Shown here: positions 32,530-40,209 of the stretch, piece by piece | Layout of the letters: each line of letters opens with the position of its first letter | How positions within the stretch are numbered: position 1 is the stretch's first letter | Source: an uncultured Acidobacteriota bacterium | GTDB taxonomy: Bacteria > Acidobacteriota > UBA6911 | DNA: 64,000 nt | Assembly: GCA_964651155.1 (NCBI GenBank) | Contig: CAZYXB010000002.1 | Location: 377-64,376, forward strand | Direction of reading: 5' to 3' | Program-made: the position numbers and the translations under genes | Notes under the pieces: model-generated | What the model was told of the DNA's origin: nothing | Database searches by the model: none | The model's input: only the letters and a program-made list of their open reading frames with translations

Positions 32530-32564
32530 GTCGTAACCCCCGGATCTGTTTCGCTTTCACTGCT

Positions 32565-32593
32565 AGAGATTTCTAACTAAATTAGAAACCTCT
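32565..32593. promoter_or_regulatory. Palindromic operator AGAGATTTCTAA-CTAAA-TTAGAAACCTCT (12-nt arms, 1 mismatch); candidate DtxR/MntR box
   Basis: Near-perfect inverted repeat seen directly in the sequence. It abuts a minus-strand sigma70-like promoter (-35 TTGACT at 32617..32622 as its reverse complement, 16-nt spacer, -10 TAATAT at 32595..32600), so the operator overlaps the predicted start site of the regulator operon. Confidence 0.5.
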
Positions 32594-32772
32594 AATATTA
32601 ATCGAGGGCTCGAACAAGTCAACTATTTTTGTGTTTTGCATCGCCCCCGGAAGCCGCCGGGTCATTAGGATGAGAAAGACGCAGTGGGATCTGTGCGGCA
32701 AAGCGTCGGCGCGCCTCCGTTCCGGGGCTTTTTCCCGGCAGCGGACCGCCGTGGAGGACGCCGGGCGCAATC

Positions 32773-32818
32773 CACAATATATAGTTTGACAGGACTGCAT
32801 CAGGCACAATATATTTGG
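32773..32818 (+). promoter_or_regulatory. Two NrdR-box-like sites (CACAATATATAGTTTG and CACAATATATTTGG) overlapping the -35 and -10 of the nrdDG promoter
   Basis: Box starts are 32 nt apart (about 3 helical turns). Box 1 overlaps TTGACA (32786..32791); box 2 overlaps an ATATAT -10 (32809..32814) after a 17-nt spacer. Resembles the NrdR consensus acaCwAtATaTwGtgt. Confidence 0.5.
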
Positions 32819-32842
32819 CCTTTCCAAAAAAAAGGGGGCTTT

Positions 32843-35014
32843 ATGGGCGCGGGTTCGGTTCCGGCGGGCTGTGGCAGCGAAACGTTTGAAAAAGGCGCGG
32901 CGGGAACGACGAAGCATCCGCTGTTTTCCTCCATCGTCAAGCGGGATGGTTCCCACGATGCGTTCGATCCGGACCGCATCGCACGGGCCATCGAGCAGGC
33001 CGGAACGGCGACGGGGGAATTCGGCGGGGACGAAGCGGCCCTGTTGGCCCGCCGGGTGCTCGTCATCGCCGCTGCAACATTCAGCGACACGCCGACGGTC
33101 GAGGCGATCCAGGACCTGGTCGAGGAGGTCCTGATCTCCTCCCCCTACCGAAAATCAGCGCGCGCCTACATCATCTACAGGGAACAGCACCGGATCCTCA
33201 GGGAAATCACCAGCGCGAGCCGGGCGCGGCTGGTCGATTCCTACCTGGACAAGTCCGACTGGCAGGTTTCGGAAAACGCCAACATGGCCTTCAGCCTGCA
33301 GGGGCTGAACAACCATATCTCAAGCGACGTAACCCGGAAGTACTGGCTCGAGAGGCTCTACTCCCCGGAAGTGCGCCAGGCGCACGAGTCGGGGGACCTG
33401 CATATCCACGACCTGAACCTGCTGGCCGTCTACTGCGTCGGCTGGGACCTGGCCGATCTCCTCCGGCAGGGGTTCCGCGGCGCTATGGGGAAGGCCGAAA
33501 GCGCGCCCGCGAAACATTTCCGCACCGGGCTGGGCCAGATGGCCAATTTCTTCTACACGCTGCAGGGGGAGGCCGCCGGCGCCCAGGCCTTCTCGAGCGT
33601 CGACACCCTGCTGGCCCCCTTCATCGCGCACGACGGGTTGTCCTACGCCGAGGTCAAGCAGTCGCTTCAGGAGTGGATCTTCAACCTGAACGTGGCCACA
33701 AGGGTGGGATTCCAGACCCCGTTCACCAACATCACGCTCGATCTGGACGTGCCCGCGCGGCTTCGCCAGGAGCGGGTGATGCTGGGGGGGCGGCTTCTGG
33801 AGGAAACCTACGGGATGTTCCAGCGCGAGATGGACATGTTCAACAAGGCGTTCCTCGAGGTGATGATCGAGGGGGACGCCAAGGGCAGGGTCTTCACCTT
33901 CCCGATCCCTACCTACAACATCACCCGGGATTTCGACTACGACGACCCGAGGCTGGACCCGCTCTGGACTGCGACCGCCCGGTATGGCATCCCCTATTTC
34001 GCGAACTTCGTCAATTCGGATCTGTCGCCCGATGACGCGCGCAGCATGTGCTGCCGGCTCCGCCTGGATACGCGCAACCTGCAGCACCGGGGCGGCGGGC
34101 TCTTCGGCGCCAACCCCCTGACGGGCTCCATCGGCGTCGTCACCCTGAACCTTCCGCGGATCGGGCACCTCGCCGGCGGCCTCATGGACTTCTTCAACCG
34201 GCTGGACCGCCTGATGGATATCGCGTGCGAGAGCCTGATGAACAAGCGCAAGGTGCTCGAGCGTTTTACGGAAGCGAATCTGTACCCCTACGCGCGCCAT
34301 TACCTGGCGGGAATCAAAGACAGGTTCGGCGCCTACTGGCACAACCACTTCTCCACCATCGGCCTGCTCGGACTCGACGAAGCGGCGCGGAACCTTCTCG
34401 GCGAGGGGTTGCTCGAGAGGCGGGGGCGCGATTTCGGCCTGCTCGTGCTCGACCACATGAGGGAGCGGCTCGTGGAGTACCAGGAGAGAACCTCCACCCC
34501 CTTCAACCTGGAGGCGACCCCGGCCGAGGGCGCCAGCTACCGGCTGGCCACCCTCGATGCGGCGCGGTACCCCGGCATGGCCTGCCTCGCGCAGGGCGCC
34601 GCCGTCGCGGCGGCCTACACGAATTCCTCCCAGCCCCCGGCCGACGCCGTCGACGATCCCTTCGCCCTGCTCGACCACCAGGACGCGTTCCAGGCCAAAT
34701 ACACGGGCGGCACCGTGCTGCACTTCTGGCTCGGGGAGCGCATCGAGGACCCCGGGGCGGTCAAAAACTTCGTCCGGACCGTGTGCGCCAACTACCGCCT
34801 CCCGTATTTCACCCTGACCCCGACCTTTTCGATCTGCCCCGAACACGGCTATATCGCGGGGGAGCAGCCCGAATGCCCCCAGTGCGGGGCCGGCACGGAG
34901 ATCTATTCCCGCGTGGTGGGCTACCTGCGCCCGGTGCAGCAGTGGAACGAGGGGAAGCGTCAGGAATTCAAGACCCGCGCGCTGTTTGACGGGAAGATCC
35001 GCGGGGCCGCCTGA
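32843..35014 (+). CDS. nrdD: Anaerobic ribonucleoside-triphosphate reductase NrdD (class III) with N-terminal ATP-cone
   Basis: ATP-cone (VKRDGSHDAFDPDRIARAIEQA), then a glycyl-radical enzyme core. C-terminal Cys4 zinc ribbon (CPEHGY..CPQCG) and glycyl radical motif RVVGYLRPVQQWNEGKRQEFKTR. RBS AAGGGGG before the ATG at 32843. Confidence 0.9.
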   Translation: MGAGSVPAGCGSETFEKGAAGTTKHPLFSSIVKRDGSHDAFDPDRIARAIEQAGTATGEFGGDEAALLARRVLVIAAATFSDTPTVEAIQDLVEEVLISSPYRKSARAYIIYREQHRILREITSASRARLVDSYLDKSDWQVSENANMAFSLQGLNNHISSDVTRKYWLERLYSPEVRQAHESGDLHIHDLNLLAVYCVGWDLADLLRQGFRGAMGKAESAPAKHFRTGLGQMANFFYTLQGEAAGAQAFSSVDTLLAPFIAHDGLSYAEVKQSLQEWIFNLNVATRVGFQTPFTNITLDLDVPARLRQERVMLGGRLLEETYGMFQREMDMFNKAFLEVMIEGDAKGRVFTFPIPTYNITRDFDYDDPRLDPLWTATARYGIPYFANFVNSDLSPDDARSMCCRLRLDTRNLQHRGGGLFGANPLTGSIGVVTLNLPRIGHLAGGLMDFFNRLDRLMDIACESLMNKRKVLERFTEANLYPYARHYLAGIKDRFGAYWHNHFSTIGLLGLDEAARNLLGEGLLERRGRDFGLLVLDHMRERLVEYQERTSTPFNLEATPAEGASYRLATLDAARYPGMACLAQGAAVAAAYTNSSQPPADAVDDPFALLDHQDAFQAKYTGGTVLHFWLGERIEDPGAVKNFVRTVCANYRLPYFTLTPTFSICPEHGYIAGEQPECPQCGAGTEIYSRVVGYLRPVQQWNEGKRQEFKTRALFDGKIRGAA

Positions 35015-35733
35015 TGCTGGGCGGCATCGAGCCCTGCTCGTTCATCGATTTCCCCGGGCGCGTCGCGGCCGTCCTCTTCCTCCGCGGCTGCAACCTGCAG
35101 TGCCGCTACTGCCACAACCCGCAGCTGATTCCCCGCACGGGCGCCGGCGGCGGGCCCGATGACGGCACCCTGGAGTTTCTCCAAAAGCGCCGCGGCCTGC
35201 TCGGCGGCGTCGTCGTCACCGGCGGCGAGCCGACGCTCCAGGCCCGTCTCCCCGTGCTCCTGGAGGCGGTCCGCTCCATGGGATTCGCCGTGAAACTCGA
35301 CACCAACGGCACGCGCCCGGAGGTCGTAGGGCGGCTCATCGCCGAACGGCTCCTCGAGTACGCCGCCGTGGATGTCAAGATCGCCCCCGGGCCCGGGTCC
35401 CGGTGGCTCTGCGGCATGGAAACGCAGGCCGACACCGCCCTGGAAACGCTCGGGCGGCTCGTCGGTGCCGGGATCCCGTGCGAGGCGCGCACGACCGTAG
35501 CCGCCGGGGTGCACGACCTGGAGGGTCTCCGGGTGCTGGCCCGGAAACTGGCCGGGGCCGGAGTCCGCCTCTGGCGCCTGCAGCCGGTCGAGGACACAAC
35601 CGTACTGGATCCCTCGGTGCCGTGGCGGCCCCCGGCCCCGGAGATCCTTTCCGGCGCTGTGGCCGCGGCCGCCTCCCTGGGGATCACGGTGCCCGGGCCC
35701 GGGGCGGGCACCAGGCCGCGGGGGGCGCCCTAG
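35014..35733 (+). CDS. nrdG: Anaerobic ribonucleotide reductase activating protein NrdG (radical SAM)
   Basis: CSFIDFPGRVAAVLFLRGCNLQCRYCHNP.. (CxxxCxxC) and GGVVVTGGEPTLQ. The start overlaps the nrdD stop (ATGA). Confidence 0.85.
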   Translation: MLGGIEPCSFIDFPGRVAAVLFLRGCNLQCRYCHNPQLIPRTGAGGGPDDGTLEFLQKRRGLLGGVVVTGGEPTLQARLPVLLEAVRSMGFAVKLDTNGTRPEVVGRLIAERLLEYAAVDVKIAPGPGSRWLCGMETQADTALETLGRLVGAGIPCEARTTVAAGVHDLEGLRVLARKLAGAGVRLWRLQPVEDTTVLDPSVPWRPPAPEILSGAVAAAASLGITVPGPGAGTRPRGAP

Positions 35734-35915
35734 AGCGCGCGCGGGTTCCGGCGGCACCGGTGCGTGCCCGGCCTTCCGCTTCGCCCGAAACGCTTCGCCC
35801 TACGGTCTCCGCAGGGCTTCGCTTCAGGCTGAGCGCGTAGAAATGAATTGCGAAAAGAACCACCATGAAAATAGGGACATTTCCATCGAGGCTTGACACA
35901 GGGCGGGAAATTCCC

Positions 35916-35944
35916 TTGACCCCGGCACCTTCCCGACCTACACT
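35916..35944 (+). promoter_or_regulatory. Sigma70-like promoter of the riboswitch/btuB operon: TTGACC, 17-nt spacer, TACACT
   Basis: Hexamers with canonical 17-nt spacing, about 10 nt upstream of the first riboswitch aptamer. Confidence 0.45.
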
Positions 35945-35950
35945 GGAATC

Positions 35951-36209
35951 TCTTGGAGCGGCCCTTGGGCCTTAATAGGGAAGACGGTGCAATCCCGTCG
36001 CGGACCCGCCGCCGTAACCGGGGACGAACGCCGAATCCATGCCACTGTCCGAGAGGATGGGAAGGCGCGGCAAGTAGGAGAATCCGGAAGCCGGAAGACC
36101 TGCTCAAGAAACAATGGTGCGCCCCTCGCGGATCTGGGGTGGCGCCCTGCCAATCGAGGATGAAAACGGAATCCCCGGACTTGATGGATGAGGTCCGGGT
36201 TTTTTTTTG
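35951..36209 (+). ncRNA. Cobalamin (B12) riboswitch, copy 1, with intrinsic-terminator expression platform
   Basis: Conserved aptamer elements present: GGGAAGACGGTGCAATCCCGTCGCGGACCCGCCGCCGTAACC.., GCCACTG, and the B12 box GAAGCCGGAAGACCTGC. Followed by the hairpin CCCCGGAC..GTCCGGG and a T9 run (36172..36209). Confidence 0.75.
36172..36209 (+). terminator. Rho-independent terminator (expression platform of riboswitch 1)
   Basis: Stem CCCCGGAC / GTCCGGG followed by nine consecutive T residues. Confidence 0.6.
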
Positions 36210-36227
36210 CCTGAAAGGTTCAGGGAA

Positions 36228-36407
36228 CATCGTAGCGACAGGGAAGGGAGCGCACATCTCCCGCCGCCCGGCGACTGTGATCGGGACGAAAGCCGCATCG
36301 AAGCCACTGGCCGAACCGAGGGTTCGGGCGGGAAGGCGCGGCGAGTAGGATGAACGAAAGCCAGGAAACCTGCTCCAAAGCAAGCAACTTCCTCCGGGGA
36401 GGAAATC
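36228..36407 (+). ncRNA. Cobalamin (B12) riboswitch, copy 2 (more diverged), with SD-sequestering expression platform
   Basis: GGGAAGGGAGCG.., GGCGACTGTGA, GCCACTGG and the B12 box AAAGCCAGGAAACCTGC are present. Shares the block GGGAAGGCGCGGCRAGTAGGA with copy 1. Immediately followed by CTTCCTCC-GGG-GAGGAA (anti-SD/SD hairpin) and the btuB start. Confidence 0.6.
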
Positions 36408-36421
36408 ATGGGAGAACACGA

Positions 36422-38338
36422 ATGAAAATAGGCTCAGCAGTACTGATGCTGCCGTTGATTCTGCTGCCGGCCGGCGCCGCGGCGGGTGCCGAACCCGATG
36501 CGGGGGATCCGCAGAAAAAAGCCCAGCAGGTCGTCGTGACCGCGACCAAGCTGGAGACCCCGACCGAGCAGGTCGGAAGCTCCATCAGCGTCATCACCGC
36601 CCAACAGATCGAGAAGATGCAGAAAACGTCCGTCTACGACGTGCTGCGGTCGGTGCCGGCGCTCGATGTCGTGCGCAGCGGCGGGCCGGGGGGGGCGACG
36701 TCGGTCTTCATCCGGGGGGCGAAGTCGGAGCACACGCTGGTTCTGATCGACGGCGTGGAGATGAACGACCCCATATCGACCGCCCGCGGCTTCGATTTCA
36801 CGCACCTGTCGGTCGACAACATCGAGCGCATTGAGGTCCTGCGGGGGCCCCAGAGCACCCTGTACGGATCCGACGCCATCGGGGGCGTCGTCAACATCAT
36901 CACGCGGCGCGGCGGCCTACGCACCGGCCTATCCGCCTCGCTCGAGGGCGGATCCCGCAACTCCTTCAGGGGGAGCGCCGGCGCCAGCGGCGGCAACGAA
37001 TGGATACGCTACGCCGCCGGTTTCAGCCGGTCCGACACCGACGGGATCTCCTCGGCCGACGCCGATGCGGGGAACACGGAGCGGGACGGCTACGAGAACA
37101 CGTCCCTGTACGGAACGCTCTCGGTCGTCCCGTCGGACTCTCTCGACCTGGACTTCTCGCTGAGGCACATCGATGCCAGGGGGAACATCGACAATTTCCT
37201 GGGCACCGGCGAGGACGACCCGAACAGCACCGAGGAGGTGGCGCAGGTTTTCTTCCGCTCCCAGGGGACGCTGCAGCTGTTCGACGACGTCTGGGAGGCG
37301 GTGCTCGGGGTCTCGTTGATGGACCACGACCGGTACTCCCGCAACGACACCGACTCCGTCCACCCGGACGATCGCGACACGGCTTCGTTCGAGGGGCGGA
37401 GGGTCCGGTTCGACTGGCAGAACAACTTCTACCTCCACGACGCGAACACCCTGACCTTCGGCATGGAGACCGAACAGGAAACGGGGTCCTCGACCTACGA
37501 TTCCGAGAGCGCCTGGGGCCCGTATTCCAGCGTGTTCTCCGAGCAGAGCGCCCGGACGACGGGCTACTACCTGCAGGACAGGATCGCCCTGTGGGACTCC
37601 TGGTTTACGACCCTGGGCGTCCGCTGGGACGACAACAGCCTGTTCGGCACCGAGACGACCTACAGGATCGCCTCCGCCTATAACATCCGCAGGACCGGCA
37701 CCGCGATCCGGGGGACTTTCGGCACCGGCTTCAAGGCCCCGACGCTCTACCAGCTCTACTCCGATTACGGCGATGTCGGCCTCATGCCCGAGCAGAGCAC
37801 GGGGTGGGACTTCGGCCTGGAGCAATCCCTGTTCGGGGACCGCCTCGCCGCTGCCGCCACGATGTTCCACAACGAGTTCGAGGACATGATCGATTTCGAC
37901 CTCGATGCGTGGACCTACGTCAACGTCGCGCGCGCCGAAACGAAGGGCCTGGAGCTCTTCGCGACCCTGGAGGCGACCGATTCGCTGGGCGCCCGGCTGG
38001 GCTACACCTACACCAACGCCAAGGACATAGACACCGGCCGGGCCCTGGTGCGGCGTCCGAAGAACAAGTTCCACTTCGCCCTGGACTACGGCTTCCTGCG
38101 CAAAGGGACCCTGAACCTGGAGATCGTCTACGTCGGGGAAAGGGACGACATAGGCGGCGTCCCGCTCGACGGCTACGTGCTGCTCAATCCCGCGCTCTCC
38201 TGGCGCGTCGGCGACACGGTCGAGATGTTCGGCAGGGTGGAGAATCTCCTCGACCGCGACTACGTGGAAGTGGCCGGGTACGGGACGCCCGGAGTGTCGG
38301 TCTACGGCGGCATCCGGTTTCTTTTCAGCGGCCGGTAG
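36422..38338 (+). CDS. btuB: TonB-dependent outer-membrane receptor, BtuB-like (vitamin B12 transporter)
   Basis: Signal peptide MKIGSAVLMLPLILLPAGAAAGA. TonB box QQVVVTATK. Plug domain (..VITAQQIEKMQKTSVYDVLRSVPALDV..). 22-strand-like barrel region ending ..GIRFLFSGR. Sits under the B12 riboswitches. Confidence 0.8.
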   Translation: MKIGSAVLMLPLILLPAGAAAGAEPDAGDPQKKAQQVVVTATKLETPTEQVGSSISVITAQQIEKMQKTSVYDVLRSVPALDVVRSGGPGGATSVFIRGAKSEHTLVLIDGVEMNDPISTARGFDFTHLSVDNIERIEVLRGPQSTLYGSDAIGGVVNIITRRGGLRTGLSASLEGGSRNSFRGSAGASGGNEWIRYAAGFSRSDTDGISSADADAGNTERDGYENTSLYGTLSVVPSDSLDLDFSLRHIDARGNIDNFLGTGEDDPNSTEEVAQVFFRSQGTLQLFDDVWEAVLGVSLMDHDRYSRNDTDSVHPDDRDTASFEGRRVRFDWQNNFYLHDANTLTFGMETEQETGSSTYDSESAWGPYSSVFSEQSARTTGYYLQDRIALWDSWFTTLGVRWDDNSLFGTETTYRIASAYNIRRTGTAIRGTFGTGFKAPTLYQLYSDYGDVGLMPEQSTGWDFGLEQSLFGDRLAAAATMFHNEFEDMIDFDLDAWTYVNVARAETKGLELFATLEATDSLGARLGYTYTNAKDIDTGRALVRRPKNKFHFALDYGFLRKGTLNLEIVYVGERDDIGGVPLDGYVLLNPALSWRVGDTVEMFGRVENLLDRDYVEVAGYGTPGVSVYGGIRFLFSGR

Positions 38339-38368
38339 GCCCGCCGGCCGCCCGGGGGGAGGGGGCGT

Positions 38369-39013
38369 ATGCAAGAGATGTTCCTCAGAGGGGGGGTGCT
38401 CATGTGGCCCCTCCTGGGCTGTTCGGTTCTTTCCCTGGCGATCACGATGGAACGGCTGTGGTTCTGGTGGAGGGAAAACCGGAGGCGGGACCCCGAGGGC
38501 CTGGATCGGATGCTGGCCCGGGTCGAGGCCGGGGAGGCGGCCGCCGTCGCCGCCGGCCGCCCGGGCGGCGGGTCCTCCCGGCCTCCCGATTACGTTGCCA
38601 GGATCATCGTTTCAGGGCTCTCGCACCGGGAGCTCGGAGTGCGAGAGAGCTTCGAAATCGCCGCCGAGGAGGAGATGGAGCGGATGAAGCAGGGGCTCGA
38701 TGTCCTGGACACGATCATCACCATGGCGCCGCTTCTGGGGATACTGGGCACCGTGCTCGGGATCATCAGCTCCTTCGACCTTCTCGGCAGCAGCGGGATC
38801 GAGGACCCGAAGGCCGTCACGGGCGGCATCGCCCAGGCGCTTATCACCACCGCCGCCGGGCTGACCGTGGCGCTCGTGACGCTGGTCCCGTTCAACTACT
38901 TCGTGGCGAAGGTGAACGCGGCTGCCAGGGCCGTGAACAAAACCGCCGCCCGTTTCGAGGCGGCCTGCAGGAAGAACCCGGGGGGCGGGTGCGATGATAG
39001 CCAGCGGGTATGA
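38369..39013 (+). CDS. exbB: MotA/TolQ/ExbB proton-channel family protein
   Basis: 3-TM ExbB/TolQ pattern (..MAPLLGILGTVLGIISSF.., ..GIAQALITTAAGLTVALVTLVPFNYF). Confidence 0.8.
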   Translation: MQEMFLRGGVLMWPLLGCSVLSLAITMERLWFWWRENRRRDPEGLDRMLARVEAGEAAAVAAGRPGGGSSRPPDYVARIIVSGLSHRELGVRESFEIAAEEEMERMKQGLDVLDTIITMAPLLGILGTVLGIISSFDLLGSSGIEDPKAVTGGIAQALITTAAGLTVALVTLVPFNYFVAKVNAAARAVNKTAARFEAACRKNPGGGCDDSQRV

Positions 39014-39401
39014 GCGGCGCAGGGCCCGGATCGAGATGATCCCGCTGATCGACGTGGTGTTTCTGCTCCTGGTGTTCTTCATCTACGCCATGCTCTCGAT
39101 GGTCGTGCACCGGGGCCTCCGGGTCGAGCTGCCCGGCGCGGCGACGGCCGAGACCGACCGCCAGGCCTACGTCGGCATCACCGTCACGGAGGACAATGCC
39201 GTGTTGGTCGAGCGGGAGCCGGTGGAACTCGACGCCCTGGTGGCGGCAGTCCTCGAGCGGCGCAAGAGCAGGGAAGATCTTGCTGTCTACATCAACGGGG
39301 ACCGGAGGTCCGATCTCGGAATGGCCGTGAAAATTCTGGATCTGCTCAAACAGGCGGGCATACGCGAGGTGTCGATCGAGTGTGCCCAGGAGGCGCCATG
39401 A
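38994..39401 (+). CDS. exbD: Biopolymer transport protein ExbD/TolR
   Basis: RARIEMIPLIDVVFLLLVFFI single TM, then an ExbD periplasmic domain (..YINGDRRSDLGMAVKILDLLKQAGI). Confidence 0.8.
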   Translation: MIASGYERRRARIEMIPLIDVVFLLLVFFIYAMLSMVVHRGLRVELPGAATAETDRQAYVGITVTEDNAVLVEREPVELDALVAAVLERRKSREDLAVYINGDRRSDLGMAVKILDLLKQAGIREVSIECAQEAP

Positions 39402-40180
39402 AGTCCTACGGTTTCATGCTGGCTTTCGCCGCTTCGGCGGCGCTGCACGCCGGCGTCCTCTCCTCGGACCTGCTCCGAGTGAGCGCCGAAAGCCAGCCGG
39501 CTCCGGTACCCGGTGCCGTCCGTCTGCACATCGTCCCCCGGGTCCGCGTGCCGGCTCCCGCCGTCCGGGAATCGGAGGGGACGCCGTCCGCCGCCGGCCA
39601 GACCCCGGAACCGGCCCCGCACGAGACGGCCCCGCCCTCCCCCGCGGCCCCGCCGCAGCCGGCGGCGCCGGAGCTCGCGGCGGCGCCCGAGCTCGCGGCG
39701 GCGGAATCCTCTGAGCGCCCTGCCGAGACCTCGGGTGCGGCAAATATTGCCGGTGCGGCAAATATTGCCGGTGCGGCAAATATTGCCGGTGCGGCAAATG
39801 TTGCCGGCGGCCTGCCGGGGCCGCCAACGGCCCTCAGGCTGCCCGCCCGCGCTCCGGCCGGCGACGGCGTCGGGGCGATCGGCCCAGTGGCGCCGAGTTT
39901 CGAAGCGTGGATCCCCGGGCTCGACGACATCCTCCGGTACCCCCGCTACAGCAGGATGCACAGGCAGGAGGGGACCACGGAGCTTGCCGTCGAGATCCTC
40001 GCCGACGGAACGGTCGGGTCCGTCGAGATCCTGCGGTCGAGCGGACACAGCCGCCTGGACAGGGCGGCCCTGGAGGCCGTCCGCAAGGCCGAGCCCGTCC
40101 CGGCCACCGAACAGGGGCGGACCGTGCGCTCCGTGGCCCGCATCGACATCCGGTTCGATCTCGAAGACTGGGGGGAGTAG
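39398..40180 (+). CDS. tonB: Energy transducer TonB (dedicated to the B12 uptake operon) with internal perfect tandem repeats
   Basis: N-terminal TM (SYGFMLAFAASAALHAGVL). Pro/Ala-rich spacer including (AAPEL)x2 and (GAANIA)x4. C-terminal TonB_C (..YPRYSRMHRQEGTTELAVEILADGTVGSVEILRSSGHSRLDRAALEAV). The start overlaps the exbD stop. Confidence 0.75.
   Translation: MKSYGFMLAFAASAALHAGVLSSDLLRVSAESQPAPVPGAVRLHIVPRVRVPAPAVRESEGTPSAAGQTPEPAPHETAPPSPAAPPQPAAPELAAAPELAAAESSERPAETSGAANIAGAANIAGAANIAGAANVAGGLPGPPTALRLPARAPAGDGVGAIGPVAPSFEAWIPGLDDILRYPRYSRMHRQEGTTELAVEILADGTVGSVEILRSSGHSRLDRAALEAVRKAEPVPATEQGRTVRSVARIDIRFDLEDWGE
39734..39805 (+). repeat. Perfect 18-bp tandem repeat x4 (GGTGCGGCAAATATTGCC; the last copy has one A-to-G change) inside tonB, encoding (GAANIA)4
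   Basis: Seen directly in the sequence. The unit has low-GC codon usage relative to the host gene. It is in frame, so copy-number change would alter the TonB linker length. Confidence 0.9.
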
Positions 40181-40209
40181 ATGCCCGGTTTCTTCCAAGG
40201 AGGGCGACG

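Noticed and set aside
39734-39805. Possible CRISPR array or other non-coding repeat locus (four identical 18-bp units).
   Set aside because: The units are directly adjacent with no spacers. They lie in frame inside the tonB Pro/Ala-rich linker and encode (GAANIA)4. No cas genes are present, so this is a coding tandem repeat.
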